A stretch of DNA of 57,900 nt, counting the filler, from Sluysia triapertura (taxonomy: Eukaryota), in assembly GCA_046118255.1 (NCBI GenBank). It is 4 parts of 4 records of this genome, joined end to end, with 100 filler letters (N's around TTAATTAATTAA, not from the genome) between each part and the next. Parts side by side here need not be neighbours in the genome. Positions count along the whole stretch, not along the records: positions 1 to 18,969 come from JBJNIA010106428.1; 3 more parts are not named here. One strand, written 5' to 3'. Shown one piece after another: positions 1-15,865 of the stretch. Below the pieces are notes generated by a model, which searched no databases, was not told where the DNA came from, and saw nothing but the letters and a program-made list of their open reading frames with translations. Position 1 is the stretch's first letter; every line of letters begins with the position of its first letter. A program made the translations under genes and the position numbers.

Positions 1-3000
1 AATGCTATCTGTACTTAATTTTTCATAGTTTTTAATGATATTATCAATTCCATTTTCGAACGTTAAATTCTTCATTTAATGATATATTAACAAAATTTAT
101 AATATCCACAAGGGTTATAAGAATTATAATACAAAAATAAAAATTTTGCACTAATTAACTGTTATCGAGTTAATTATTCAAATAATAACAAATTTAAATA
201 TATGTTACGTAAGAACCGATAAAAGGTTCCCAATTTTTTATAGAAATGGATTTTAAGTGTATTTTGTGTGGGATACCCTCAGGTATCAAAACAATAACAA
301 AATAAACTAACGTAAACTATTTTAGAAAATCGACAAGATCTTGGCCAAGGATAAATTTTAATCGGTTAATTGTCTTCTTGGTTGTATAGTTGTGAAGATT
401 TTGATTAAATAATTCGTAGAAATCGTGAAAAATTTATCGTGTAGACAAAGTAAACTGCAACGAAAAATAAAAATTGTGTTGTTTAATGTTTTTTATGCTA
501 ATTTATATGCATTTTTATGTTGGCCTTGGCCTTTATTAAAACAAACAAAAGTTTATTTTATAATATAATGATTTGAAAATATTTTATAATATTAAAAATA
601 CTTATGTTAGTTTAATTTTTAAAACTTCAAAATTCAAAATTTTCAAAATTATTAATTCCTAAATATAATTTTTAACAAAATAATTAATCCGAATAATAAA
701 TCAATAAAGTTATAAATATTTACCAATAATAATATCAATGTTTGTTTGTGTCCAATAACAATTTTGTTTGTATTTAATAACTTATAAATATTCACACACT
801 AATCATTTTTCTTATTTAACTTATATATAATTTTTAAAGTTGGTAATAAGAACCTCAACGTTTATTGATTTTATTTAAGTTGTGTCAACCCTTGTAAGAA
901 TTTTGAATTTTTATAGGTTTATAACATTGAAGTAGTTAACACAATTCTAAATTGAAAGCATTTTGTTAAAAGAATAATCAGTATTATTTATATATTAGAG
1001 GCGTATTATTATAAAATAATTTTCATTGTATGATTGTGATATTTTAAAGCATATATTGAATTTGTTTAGTTAATGGATAATTTAGTTTGATAATTTAAAG
1101 TAAAAGTATAAAAGTCACAACATGCCAAACAATCGAATATCATATTTTTCTAACCTAAGTCGTGCAAAGCCTAATATACCCACATCGTTTATGTACTCAA
1201 CTGTCTCTTTAACAACATAACGAAACTAATAAAACAGATTATACAAAAGAAGACGACTAAAAAAGACAGAAAAAAAGAAGAGATGACGCGCGCATAGCCA
1301 CTTTCATAATTGGACGAATAGAGCAATTCATCGATCTTGGCAGATCAAAAATTAAAATTCCACAAATAAATCCTTTAAATCACAAAGCTTCATTACCCAT
1401 CAAGAAGCATGTCACGGGCACTCCACTCAAGCTCATACAACGACTCCTGTTAAAAGTCAATTACTCCACAAGTGAGTATAACACATGAGAGTACCACGCT
1501 CTCAGACTATGTTGATAACAATCCAAAAACTTGAAGACTAATACATAAATCCAAAGTCACCCGACGAACAAACAGCAGAAATTGCTCCAACTCATATTCT
1601 AACACGAAAACCAAAAACTCGAAATCATCAAAAATATGATACAAGAAATTACAGAAAATATACGATAAATCACATCGGCAATAAATGATTAGACCACTGA
1701 AAACAAACAACACCGACATCAAAACTAACAAAATTAAACCTTCGAAATCTTCCGATTCACAATCATTTCTTCCCAAATATAAACATAATTCTATAAATTT
1801 TACATATTTACATAAAGGTAATAACATTTTGTGATTCGAGTTCAATATCACGGGTAGAATAAGCTCAACAAAAACGAAACTTCAAACTCCAAAACAATAG
1901 TAAACTATCTTTTGCTTGGACTACAAACAAGTTCGTAGCAAAACCTTCAAAATCTTATGCGCAGGCATGTAGGACCACGGTTCAGGACAAATGTGGCATA
2001 AAGCCTAGCTCAATTAAAAATTTCAAAGGAAAACACAGTAAAATGGTTCCAAACTAAATAAATCATCAGAAAAATCCCCAATCACAAATGGCAATAGATC
2101 TTTCACTTCAAATCAACAAAAAGAAAACTAATTCAATTCATTTCAAACATAATCAGAAGAACCAACAAATTCAACCTAAGTTAATATTTTTTAATTACCA
2201 AATTAAATAATAATTCTCAAACCAATTACCATAACAATCTCTTAAATCCAACAGTAATAATCCCACAACACCCAACATCAAACCGAAATCTATCCTAAAA
2301 CACCCTACTAAATTTATCGTTCAAAACAATACTTACCCCAAAGACACACTTCATTAAAAAATCACAAGATTTTATACCTTGTAAAGAATTAAAAATATTC
2401 AAGAAACTATATAAGATTTGAAGGTTAAGGATTTTGTGTTTATTTTTATAATTTATACATTTGTTGTCATTGAGTAACGATATTACCGTGAAAATAAAAT
2501 TTCAATAATAATAATAACATTAACTGGTCAAAAAAAATTAACTAAGGAAGTGAGACCTTATAAATGGAATAATTGTAAAGAAAATAAACAACTTTATGAT
2601 TTTAGAATATTATGAAATTGAAAACAAAAACTTTTGTGGAAGCAAGAAAAAATCAGTTGTTTGTCTGTCAAATTAAAGCTAAACTAGATCGTTCTGTTCG
2701 TTTGCGAAGTGAGTAGCAAACATTTTAAGGCTGTCCTACATTTAAATATACTAAAAGAAACCGCAGCATTAGGAGAAAATTATCAAAGTGTTATTTACAG
2801 CTGAAGAATGACCGGTTCGTTTTGAGGATAGAGTTTAGCTGCAGAGAAAGAATATCTGGATACATTAGAGTACGTTTTAGACGAATGTGAGGAGCCAACA
2901 AGACAATTCTGTTGAATACTGCAGATTTTTTCTAATAGAAATTTTTGCTATTTATATCAGAATTTCAATATTTCAGAGCTAAAAGGGAACAGAGAAAATG

Positions 3001-6000
3001 AAATTTAGCCAAAAAGTTGATAAGGAATGGCAAATTCAGTGTAATATAGAATTTTTGATCTTATTAACAATCTTAGAAGCTCAACATCTTATTAAAAATT
3101 ATATAATTTAGTTAAATTTAAAATTTTATTCTTAAAAATAATCCTTTTTGTTTTTATTATTAAAGTATGTATAAATACTTAACAAAATACATATTCTTCT
3201 CTCATTTTCATTCAAAAAATTTCATTTTTTCCATCATCAGTAATAAAATTAGAAAATGAATGATGTTTATAAAGTCTAATGACTAACAGACAAATTTCAT
3301 TAAGTGACTGGAAATATTGGGTAAGTAATCTTCAACATTCTTAATTTTTTAAATTCAAATCATCGTTAATAACAAACCGAGTTATTTACAATAATATGAA
3401 TGTAAATAAAAACAAAAGTGTTATATTTATATTCAACGATTTCTGACTGTGGACATCACGAGTTTTTTTTGGTCGTACTACTGGCAACGTTTCATAGGCA
3501 TATTTTGCGACAATTTGAGGCTTAAATGAAATTTATATTAAAATTGATACAAGTTCCAGTTTAGGATTTCGTATTTTATTGAAATTTTAATATTTCCTTA
3601 TATAAAATTTTAAAATAGAATCAATAAGTATGTTACATGTTCCTCTGAAATAATTATAAAATTAAGTCTAAGTGATGATTTACTAACTTTCATAATATTC
3701 TTACTTCTTAATTATGACTATATCAAATATTATTCAGTTTTCTTGCAATGTCAAGTTTATATATGAGTTTATATATGACACTCAGTTTAAGACACCTTAT
3801 TATATATGGTCACTATCATAATTAATGTAAATCGATGTTTTAACTGTCTGTTGTCTGTAATAAAAAAGACAAATATTACACTCTACTCAGTAAAATATAT
3901 TCATAAAGCATCCATTGAGATTGTGAAAATCTTAATCTGAAATTAAATGATATGATAATAATCATAATCATAATCTAAATTCATTTACCTAAATGCAAAT
4001 AAAAATATCTGATGTTTTCTATTTAAACATTTATTAATTGTATGTTATAAATCCATATGATGTACACATACAAGTAGATGGAATATTAAAACTAACTAAA
4101 ACTAAAATTCATACCGCAAATAACAATATTATTATTATTTTAATATGTTTCAAAAGGAACCTTCTACTGCGAATATTGGATCAAATTTAACACACACCTA
4201 TTCAATCTTAATGGATCCGCTGATATCAGATAACGACTGTGTATCAGATGAAGTCTTATCATTATTTCTATCAATTTAGTGTATGTATCTAAATGCAACA
4301 AATCTCGTAAACAGAATGTATAAATTAATATATAAAGCAAGCTTGTACTACGAATCTCTTCAAACAGCAATTTCTTCAATTACCGACTATGCGCATTTGT
4401 TTAGTCCAAATATGAATACATTTTCATGATGATTATTCTCACTTTTTATTTTGTTTATATATATTTACGTATTATTATAGTGTATACATCGAAACATGTT
4501 CAAGGTTAAATGTATTAGATTTTACTTGATTTACTTTACATTAAAAATCAACCAAAGAAAAATTGATAAAATTAAGAATTTATTTAAATTAAATAAATTG
4601 ATTTATAATACTCTTGTGATAAATAAATTAGTTTCATAATAACCTTTTAAGAATTAAATTAATATTGTACTATAATTGTATTTTATTTAATAACCTTATA
4701 GTTCTTACAACATTATTGATAATTTAAGACTATTTAATAAATCTTCAAATAAATGGTGTCAGGGTACTATACCGACCTAAAAAAATAATTTTTGATTCAA
4801 CATTTTAATCCAAGGTAGTCATCCGGTGCTTTTAGAAGCACATTTGAGATTTATTAACCCATCATGTCCGGCTCAATGCTCGTTTTAAGGACAATTTATG
4901 GTTTTTCCAACGGAATTTATGGACAATAAATTCTGAAAGAATCTCTTAAAATATTTGAAATGGTATGCTTTAATAATTTTAGACAATAATGGTATACTTA
5001 TTTGCGATTAGGTTGAATTTTAAACATAAGACCTATGCAATTACAACTGCCACAATTGTAAAAAAACCGATTTTAAGTACAAAAATTGACAAACTATCGG
5101 ATTATTTACCTACTAAAGCCACTACCTTTGAAATGCAAAATGTATTTGGGGATCCTTGCTTCCAAATGGCATGAATTTAAATAAAGGCCAAAATTTATTG
5201 TTACATATACACCTTATGCGTCTAAAAATTGATTGCATTCGTTTTTCATAATGATTGATAGTTATTTCATAACTACTTTAATAATAATATACATTTGTAA
5301 TAATAATGCGTCGGTGTAATCACCACATCGTTTTATTTATAATTGTTAGAGTTTATTATACACTATACAGGTCATCCATTAAGTCTTATATTTTCTATTA
5401 TACACATCTAATTGAGTATCCTAATATTTATATTAAATTCATTATAAAAATGTAATCAATTTTCATATAAAACGTTGGTTGTAAATTTAATGTCAGCTAT
5501 GACAACTATGAATTACTCGAAATTTCTGATAGATGTTTTAGACTTTTAAAGATGTTGCTCTTTTAAATGTTTAAAAAATACGAAATAAGCTTATTATCTT
5601 ACGCAGCAAGTAAAATAATTTAAATTTAATAAAATACAAAATTTACTAAAACAAAACTCAAAATCCAAATATAAAATATTTATTTTAGATAATCCAAATT
5701 TATAAAATACAACTTCTAGAACAGACATTGTCATGGAACTTTTCTGATAAAATATGCATAAGAACATGCTTAAAATTTCGAGACATTAAATAATTTATAT
5801 TTTTATAAAATATAATAAATTTTTAAAGTTTTTAAAATTCAAAATATATAAATGTAAAAATAGCAAGTAACATATGAGGTAGAAATAACAATTTAATATT
5901 AAAATAAAGAAATAAAATTTATTTGATAACATATTATTCTTCATAAATTTAAAAATGGCTTTCAAACTCTTCAAAAGTTATACATTTTTTCAATAAAATA

Positions 6001-6776
6001 TAAGTACATTAAGAAATTTATTTATCTAAAATGACATTTTTCATTAGTTAGTTTTTTCTGCAATGGATATTGTATTTGATAATATAAAGCATGGTACTTT
6101 TGCTAAAGTACTTGCACAGAACATTAGAAAATGTTTGCAAGATATTAATGGAAATTTAATACTAAAGATTTCAAATTATTACAAAGACAAATAGATAAAA
6201 GTGTTACTTTAAAAATACGAAAGATCGATTAGAATTTAACCTTAAGTTTTTGTAGTAAGTGTTACTTCTATAGAGATAAATTCGCAATGTTTTATACCTT
6301 AAAAATAAAATATAATCAATACTTAAAAGAAATTGTCCGTCAATTTTTAGAATATTTTAATTACAAAGCATTATGTAGTTAAAAATTATTCAATTTTTCT
6401 TTTAAAATACAAATTTAAAGATACAGTTGGAATAAATTTAACACATTTCTAAATCATAGGTTACATCGAAGATAGCGATAATCGAATTATGTACTATTTG
6501 ATTAATCTCTGTGAAAACCAAAGAATAAATTTTACAATATTTTCAGTCATTTAAGAATTATTGGAAAAAAAGGTAACTAACAATTATAGAAAAAACAGTA
6601 GATTTCAAGAAGAGTAATTATGAAAACCAATTTGATTTAATTACTAACTATAAATAAAACAAATTTAATTAACTACCACCAACTAATTTTTAATAATTTT
6701 TAAGAAATGATTATCTTTGATTTGTCAGGTTTTGTTTCCTTTGGAGATTATGTTGTGCTGCAACAAAATTAAAGTA

Positions 6777-6897
6777 CAGTCAAACCTGTTTTTGGGCGAC
6801 CTTTTTTTGTCACCGCACAAAAAATTTTTTGATTATTTTGCAAAAAAAATATTTTAAAGCTTTTTTCGAAGTTTCGGCATAAAAACAGGTTTGACTA
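6777..6897. mobile_element. pogo/Tigger-type MITE (121 bp)
   Basis: Terminal inverted repeats CAGTCAAACCTGTTTTT / AAAAACAGGTTTGACTA (1 mismatch), flanked by TA on both sides. Confidence 0.75.
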
Positions 6898-7300
6898 TAT
6901 AAAAGCCAACTGAATGCTGTGCATAAAAAGATACATTTCAGCTTTCTGATGTTAGAAAAATTTGAACTACAAACATACGACATATACGGAAATTAGTACG
7001 ATTTTGAAAAATTAATTCGAATTTTATTTTGTATGCATCGTAAATACAGAATTGCAGGAAAAAATGTCTATAAATATATTATTCTTTATAAAAAACATTG
7101 GAATTCCATTTGAATTATTGTATTCCTCGAAGCGAAAGGTATTCTTCTTCTGAATAATGCAAGCAACATATAATTATTTATTATATTTTTTTCCAGTAAT
7201 AATTTATATAAATAAAAATAAACCATATCGCCAAATTTTATGACCATTCCATAGTTACATTAAAAATAAATCATACAAAAATTCCAAGTTCAACTTACCA

Positions 7301-7334
<34 letters not shown>

Positions 7335-9550
7335 GTTTAATACAAAAATTAAATATAAAAAAATTAAATTAGCCTAAATAAATAATGAGTTATCTTAGTG
7401 TAATTTAATAAAAATTTACAATGAAAAAATATGTAGATTCATAAGTCCGAATAATATAGACAAAAACAAAATTATTATAATTGTTTATAATTATTTTAGT
7501 GCATTGTTTATTAATGAAAATGCAATGTATATCATCTACAATTAATTAAACTTAAAATATTATTCTTAGTTTTAAAAAATTAGAGCAAATTACATATACA
7601 CGTGTATTAGGGTGACTTAACAGTTACTACACGGTTTTTTTAAAAGTGATGTTTGTTTAAATGCAAAAACAGAATTTTAAAATCAATTAAGGAATTAGAA
7701 AAATTGACCACTTGAAAGTGTCATTATAGCTGAACAGTTAGCCTAAATGAATATGTTGATTACCTGCCGTTAATAGAAGGTTTAACCTACGAGACGTGGA
7801 AAAAAGGTATGGATAAAGTAAATAATTGTGATGCCAAAGTTTAAGAGTTTCAAAAATTTATTAATTAACAAACTTTTGATTAAAGAAAATATTTCGTCAA
7901 TCATGGACAACAAAAATAAGACTAAATACTTTTAAAACTACTAAAATTTTACAACTTTGTCAGCTACTTTTTATTTAATATTATTGTATTTACTCTAAAA
8001 TAAAAATACCTATTACTTATAATGACTCAAAATGAGACTCAATATAAAAATCCCTGACAATAAAAAATGAATCATTTTTATGTTCTTTTTTAAAAGCAGA
8101 ATAAAATGTGAAGAAAAACGTTATTTTCGAAGTAAAATTATCAAAGGTGGATCCAGTTTTCCATATTACATTAAATTATGCAAGTATGTTAAAACCTTGG
8201 GCAAGAAATAACGAAATTTATCGATGTAACTATTACAAGTTGTCTCGCTGATATTATTGAATAATGTTTGTTTAAATAATTATGTAAAAAGTATATAAGC
8301 ATAAATATTTCAGAAGTTAATTTTTCTATTTCTAGCACGATTATATTCATCAATTGTATTACATTAATAAAAGCACTGAAAACATTGTTAAAAACATATT
8401 TAATTGATCGAAAGTGAGAAATATTTTTTCTCAATTTATATCATCCTATTCATTTTATGGATAATTTCAGCGAGTAAAAATTTGTACGACAGTGATTAGA
8501 ATCATATTTTAACAAAATGTGCTTATTTGCACATCAACAAAGAATATTTTGTGATGCCCATAGTTATCATCATTCGACTTATTACTCTAAATTTACTTAC
8601 CTAATTATAAAATGTCAAAAAGAAAAACATGTCCCAAAGAAACTTCTAATGAGTACCGATCAAAATGTAAAACAAAAAATCATAAATCTTAATGTAATTC
8701 TATTTTGATTTAATTGCACGCAAATATAAAAAACAAAATCTTCGTAATTATAAAGTTAACACGATTATAATCAAGAGCAACGGGTATACAAATTCCTTTA
8801 TTAATAGGAAATTTCCACATTACCGAACACAGGTTACTAAACGAAAATGAAATGTTAAACTTATGTAGTGCATTTCTTAAAGTTGAATTAGAAAAACAAT
8901 AGCCTAAATATTAGAGAATACAATAAATAAATTACTATAAAAATATGTACAAATATAAATATACAAATTTTTAACAATATTAAAACTTAAATTCTTTTTA
9001 TTATCAATATAATTGAAATATATTATATATAAAACCACATTACAATAAATTCTTTTTATGAAGATAACCAACATTCTCTATAAAGCCTCCAATAAAATAT
9101 AAGAGAATATTTATCAAATAAATAAATTATATAAAACAAGAAATAGTATGCACATTATTATTAATATTGATGTTAAATTTGGAACTAATCCATTTTATTT
9201 AAATAATAAAATTAAATAATTAAATAATTTTAATTAATGAAAAACATGAAAATGAAAAATTACTTAGAAAGTAAAATCGAGTTATTATCAAGTTGAAAAT
9301 TATTGTTTAAATTCACTTATTATAAATATGAAATGACCTAGAACAATTTAAGGTGGGATTATTTTTTTAATCAAAATCTAGTGTATTAAGATGACCTGGT
9401 TTAAATTAAGAAAACAATTATCATTTATAAAAATATATAAATTAGTGAATTTAAAAATTTAAAAATTGTGATACCATCGAAAAGTAAGTTGTAAAAATAG
9501 ATTAAACAATAAAAGTAAACCACAACGGAACAGATTAAAGCCGTATTTAA

Positions 9551-9672
9551 AATGTTGAATGCCATGGGGTGCACTGGTGACCGGCGAAGCCAAAATTATT
9601 ACAAACACATACAGAGAAATTCATTTTGGCCAGACTGACAAGCCATGTAAAATTAGCGTGGCATTCAACGTT
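9551..9672. mobile_element. TTAA-flanked (piggyBac-like) MITE (122 bp)
   Basis: TTAA|AATGTTGAATGCCATG ... CGTGGCATTCAACGTT|TTAA: a near-perfect 16-bp TIR with a TTAA duplication. Confidence 0.65.
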
Positions 9673-12337
9673 TTAAATCAATTCCCAACCAAATAATGAA
9701 AGATATTAAAAATGTGTGCCAAAAGTTTTGCAAGATTAAAAAAATTCTAGCTTACATATTTGAGTTAACTGCAATATGATCATAGTTAATAATTTAAAAT
9801 ACTAATAGTTTTAATAAAAATCCAAATCATTTCATAAAAATAATCATAAAAATTCTAAATTATAAATGTATGTGAAAGATTATGAAATATAATCTGATAA
9901 TTAAATCATATGATTATTTATAAGACAAAATAAGTGTAGTGTAATATAGGAAATTCAGTTTGATATTGATTAGAATAATTATTTTATCAAAACTATACAG
10001 TTTTGCATACGCACTTTGAATCATTTTAAATATCATACATTATCTATAAAATATTAATCAATTAAATATATTCATACATTGATGCAATCAAGTAGAAATT
10101 GTCAGCAAAGTTTACACAATTTAAAAAACAATTACACATTTTAAAAACAGGAAAAAAATCTTATAATATTAATGTACCATTACTTTAATTAATTGCTTTA
10201 CACTGATTTTATTAGCGTACTGGTAGTCAGGTCCAGATTAATTTATAGAATGAAATAAGTCATTTTGAATAAATGGAAAATAAACAAAACACTGGAAACA
10301 AACCTTATAAATACGTCAATAAAATGTCAGTTGTACTGAATTGTGGACCACAAAGGCTTAAATACATTCATACATTTTATCACATAATTTTTACATTGTT
10401 GTGGAATATAACTTGCTGGATTCTTTACAAAAATGTTTTTCTGAATCGTCAACTTACTGAAAATCGAACCTTGATATTCACATTATCATTTAACTATTTC
10501 GACTTTGACACAACTCATGTTATTATATTTGAATTTTTTGACATTAAATGTTTATATTTTCTTAAATGTTACTTATTCTTAAATAAATAAATGTTTAGTG
10601 TCAACGAAAATACTGATTTCTTTATTTTAAAAATTCGATCAAGCTAATTAATCAATAAGAAATTTCACACATTAAATTCTACAATTAAATAAAATAATCA
10701 TAACACATATTTTTAGCATAAACTTTACCAATATCAAAATTATTTTGAATTTTTAAAATATTTCATTAACATAATTTATTTATTATCATCTTATATTGTC
10801 AAAATATTTAAACAAGAGAAAATCAAATATCAAAAAATTTAAAAAATATCAACTCAATATTAAATCATTTTTGTAGCGTCTGTAGTAAAATATCAACACT
10901 GAAGAAATATTTTTAATTCAACTCTCAACATTCCTAACTAATTGGTCAAATACTAAATTACAAAATAATGGAATGAAACCTAGTAATTGTACTATTTAAT
11001 TGCATATATCTATTAATTTTTTTAAACACCTAATATACTTTATATAATTACTGTTTCAGGATAGCTATTTAAAGGCCTATGATCTAAAAGTTGTACTTAA
11101 AACCTTTTTGATTTATTTTATCAAAATGTTAATAATGAAAGGTACGAAGTAAGTTCTGAAAATAAGACATTTAAGTTTCTACATATAGAAAATAATTTCA
11201 AGACAAAAATTTTACACGTTTATAATTAGTGAATTACCAGAATATTAAACTACTTATTTTTGTAAGTATATCCAGAGCTAATTAAGAAGCAAATTGACAA
11301 AACTTTACAAACCTCAATCACTCTCTGACCACAACCAATAAGTGTTTCAGACTATTATAATAATAACCAAATTTTAGTTTCGATTACATAAAACATGTAT
11401 TAAAAAATTTGAAGTTAGTACAAACTGTACACGTCTATTGCCTAAAAACGAATTTATATAAAACATTAGATTAAAATGAAAATATTTTATAATACTGGAA
11501 AAATCACTTCAAAATAATGTATTAAACAAATAAAATTGACTAGATATAATTGAAATAGAAAAATTACATTTCAGTATTAATCCATTCGCCATACTCGACA
11601 CGGCAAAAATTTCAACATTACTCGAAAAATATCAAGAATATCTAGTCGCGATATTTTTGTGTTTTTAACTATCACATTACTTTGAAAAAAAATCTTAATT
11701 AACTCTTGTACGAGCCTTTTTCAATGCGATATTGAGTAATAATAACAATACAATAATAATAATAACAATATAATAAGTAAAGCGCAAATTAAATTGGATT
11801 TATAAGCACACAAAAAATTAATAAATAGGAGGTCAAATGGTAAGTATTTTAAAATAAAATTCAATTAGTCTTTAAACAATTTCCCTATTAAATTACTTTA
11901 TTATTATAAAAATTATTTTTATGAATGAATAATGAATATTAACCTATGCGTTGAAATTTCTGTGTTTTCAATATGCTTTCTTTACTTATTTTTGATTTTA
12001 TACACCACGATACAAATGCATAAAAATAAATTTACACTTAAGATATATTAAGAAATTAAAATAATCAAAAAGGTTTTTAAAAATAATTTATCTTGTAATG
12101 CATAAATAATGTTATACAAATTGATAATAACAATAAAAACAAGACTATTACACTTCGTAAGAGCACCAACAATGGATTAATGTTCAAATAATATCTAATA
12201 CTCCAAAATAAATTCAATTCATATTAAGTATTTAATTTTCGTTTCGAAAAATGTTTATAACGAATTGTTTCAAATTAAAATTTAAATCCGAATAAAATTT
12301 CAAATTGGATCAAATCAAATCGATAAGTAATTTAATG

Positions 12338-12703
12338 TTATCGCAATAAAGAAAAATTAATGGAATGGTTTTTTGAGGAAGGATGTTGATAAAGTAATTC
12401 GGTTAGATTTTCCAGATTGGCTACCGAATTACCACGAATATTGAGTTGATGTAATTTGGGACAATATAAAACTGGTTCAATTTGTCTAAATTCAGACAAA
12501 TTATTATTAGCTGCATCCAGTTTCTGTAATGAAGGAAGTGAACGAAGGACACGAAGATTTGAGATCTGATTGCCCGTAATATTAAAATATTCTAAACATA
12601 GTAAATACTGAAATTCTGGTGGCAAATCTGTCAAATGATTGTTACTAAGATCAATAGAGGTCATCAAAGGCATCCAATCCAAATGACCAATCATAGTAAG
12701 TTG
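12338..12703 (-). CDS. RABGGTA: RABGGTA coding exon 3, C-terminal leucine-rich repeat domain (121 aa + stop)
   Basis: Acceptor ...ttttattcAG at 12705-12704 follows a 2849-nt intron, phase 0. LRRs IDLSNNHLTDLP, FNITGNQISNL, LDAANNNLSE and LNIRGNSV. The spliced product is 569 aa with the PPTA + Ig-like + LRR architecture of metazoan RABGGTA. Confidence 0.92.
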   Translation of the reverse strand, partial: QLTMIGHLDWMPLMTSIDLSNNHLTDLPPEFQYLLCLEYFNITGNQISNLRVLRSLPSLQKLDAANNNLSEFRQIEPVLYCPKLHQLNIRGNSVANLENLTELLYQHPSSKNHSINFSLLR

Positions 12704-15552
12704 CTGAATAAAATATTTCGTCAACAAATATGGGATATTTTTGAATATAAAATGCAAATTATAAATGATATTTAGAAATAAACTTGCTAAAATTATTAAT
12801 ATTATCATTATAATTATTTTATGTAATTAAATACAATGAAGTTACATAGTTATGAAATTGTTTTTGTCCAAATTTAAACTATATACAAACATTGAAAATC
12901 AATTTTACTAAATATGTAAGCACAGAATTTTTAACATATCGCATTGTTGTCTTTGACAAATAATGGTATAATCAAAGTATACAAATAATGTAATACGAAT
13001 TAAAATAATAAGCGGAAAACATCCTCATTACTTAGAATTAAAATTTGATTTTCGGAACTATATTAAAAAATGTCAGTTAAACATGTAACTAAATCATCGT
13101 TTAGATCATAATTCAAGTTATATTATGAATTCTAGAAAAAATTTAAATTATGACATTTTCCCATGACTAAAAACATTACAAAAATATATTTAATTAAATT
13201 TTTCTATAATTCGCTCTTAAATTGAGAAAATCATCGCATATCTCAGCAAAGTCTTATGCATATACATACTTCGATAGCACGATTTTTATACTAAACATTT
13301 ACAAAATTAAGTTAAGTTACAACTCACTGCTTTTATACTTAGTACTAAAGATTAATAACTCACTCACTTTAAAATTATTCGTAAACTTTAAACAAATAAA
13401 ACTTTTACTCTTAATTCTATTAAAATTGTTTGGAATTAATTCAATAACTTTAATATTCAAACTTTCTTAATACTTTGTTTAATGAATTTAAAACTTTAAG
13501 ATAAAGAGTATCGATCTGAAAAATAGTGGTTCTAACTCAACTTTGATGTAAGAGATGGAAATGCAAATAAAATTTGATTTCTCTTTCAAAATACTCGAAT
13601 AAAAACAGGAATTTAGCAATTGAAAGTGTATTTCACAAAATAAAAGTTAAAAAATCAAAAATAATTTTAAACCACGCAATGCTTTACATAATTCATTTTT
13701 CTTTAAAAAAATTTGATTTTATATAGTTTTTTAATTTTAGGATAGTGATAAATTGCCAAAGGAAATCCAATTAAATTAATAATTTTGCTACAACCAAATT
13801 CGAATAAATTGAATTGTTGAAACAATATAATTTGCGTATCAAGTCAAAGTTTACAGTATCTTTTCTCGTTTTCACTCGTCTTTAAAATGAAAAATACCTT
13901 TCATGGGAATCATAATTTAACCGAATTTTATTTGCGTAGCTTCTATAATAACTTCTTCAAAATGAATTTCGTTATTTAGTCAATTTTGCTCGATACCAAA
14001 ACATATTTTTAAAATTCTTGTCCCTACACATTTTTTATGTCCACACTGCCAATTTTTTCTATATATAATACTTAATTAGATTCCATAGTATAATTCTGGC
14101 TATTAGTATATTCTATAGTGCATCAGCTTTAATTTCATTTTATGACATAGTAGTTTTATATAAAGTATGAAATTATATACTGACTTCAGGAATTTATAAC
14201 TATATTATGGGATTCTGAGCTATGATACATATCACTTTTATTTCAATTCAATTTAATTGGTTATTAGTCTCTTATAACACAGTTTCACGCAAAATGGTAT
14301 TGAAGTAACAATACTAATACAAATATTATTGTGAATAAGAGTTACTATTCATAAGCATTTCACGTTTAAATATAAAGAAAAACAACTTGCATTTGTTAAT
14401 AATAGTAATAAATTAATTTATGTTGAACTAATATCCAGTGTAAAGTAAGAGCTTAATACGTTCGCCACCACTCTGAAAAGGTGTACAGTCTTCCACAAAC
14501 CAGGTATATATTTATACAATGACTCTGCCTGTCATCGTCCCAAATGAGTCGTTAGTCTGTTAAAAAAATTAATGGCTCAAATATGAGTCGTGTGGTAACG
14601 ATCCCGTTAAAATAAATCATTGACTATAATATTTCTGAATCAGAATTTTTTAGTAATTTAACATTCTTTGGTAGCTGGTTATATATTTTTGAAACAAACG
14701 GTATATAACCTATCAACGGGCTCATTATCATCAATATTGCTTAAAATAAAATAAAAGGTTTTCATGACTTTTATTAATGAATTTTGTCGATACTTGTTAA
14801 TTTTATACTATATATAGCTTTTATTTTCGATGTTATGGTAAATAATTTATTTTTTGAGACTGAAAGGGACATTTACTTCCATCTCTTACATCATAGAATA
14901 AATATAAGTAAGCATTAAATATTATTGAATTTTGACAAACTCAAAATTTAAAACATTTATTAGTTTTATAAGGACGAGTCATTTTTAATGTGCGCACAAC
15001 GCGACATGAAAGATTAAAATAAATTAGCTAATTTGGTTTTAGTTTTAAAAACAAAATTAAATGAAATAAAATTATAATTCTCACAAACACTTGAAAGTTA
15101 CATTACAAAATCATTTGTTCTAATTTAGAGCAAAGATTAGACTTTAGTCAGACAAAATTTGTTACACATAATGCCATAAAATTCAAATAAAACAAATAAA
15201 CGTAAAATAATATTTATTAAATTTTTTTATTTTTTATATATATCTGATTACTAAAATTTTAAGAAAATATTTAAGTTAAGAGTGCATATCTTTGATTAAT
15301 TAAAATTCTTTTACAATTTATCAAGTTTTTAATTGTTGATTACTGATAAATGTACACTAATTAGAGTATGCTAAATAGACTTCTATTTGTAACAAGATAA
15401 TTGAAAGCAATAATATCCAACAAATGTGTTCCAAATTTTGGCACAGTTCGTTATTTTAATGGCAATGTAAGTTAATATAAATTTTGAAAATAACATTTGT
15501 TCATTTGAATTTTTTTTACAGCGTTTTATATTTTCATTCTATATAAACTTAC

Positions 15553-15810
15553 TTTTTCTGAAAGACAAACAGTGCGTTTGTGAGTATTGTACAATGAAAT
15601 CAATTCACATTCTATATGTAATTTGCTGCGTGCATCTTTATAAAAACGCGCCCGTAACGGATCTATTTCAGCCAAATGAGTCAGTTTTTCGTCTATTTCA
15701 TCTTTACTGTCAATTGGACTTAAAATACGTAACATTGATGCAATTGTTAAAAGAACCCATTTATTATCAGGTTCCATTGAATATAATTCTCGAATAGTCT
15801 TTAATTCTTC
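15553..15810 (-). CDS. RABGGTA: RABGGTA coding exon 2 (86 codons)
   Basis: Acceptor ...ataatttAG at 15812-15811 follows a 55-nt intron. Reads in frame EELKTIRELYSMEPDNKWVLLT...LAEIDPLRARFYKDARSK, with the conserved EPxNKW and DPxRxxYxxDxRSK motifs. Ends ...VCLSEK at a GTAAGT donor (15552). Confidence 0.93.
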
Positions 15811-15865
15811 CTAAATTATAATTATATATTACACAAATTGAAAAAGTATATTAAAATAAACCTAC

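Noticed and set aside
1507-1851. 114-aa hydrophobic minus-strand ORF
   Set aside because: It is the antisense of an A/C-skewed block and has no recognisable motif.
13540-14900. Inverted gatgtaagagatggaa pair in RABGGTA intron 2
   Set aside because: The match is only ~16-20 bp, and the motif recurs at ~38670 and ~55520, so it is just a dispersed repeat fragment.
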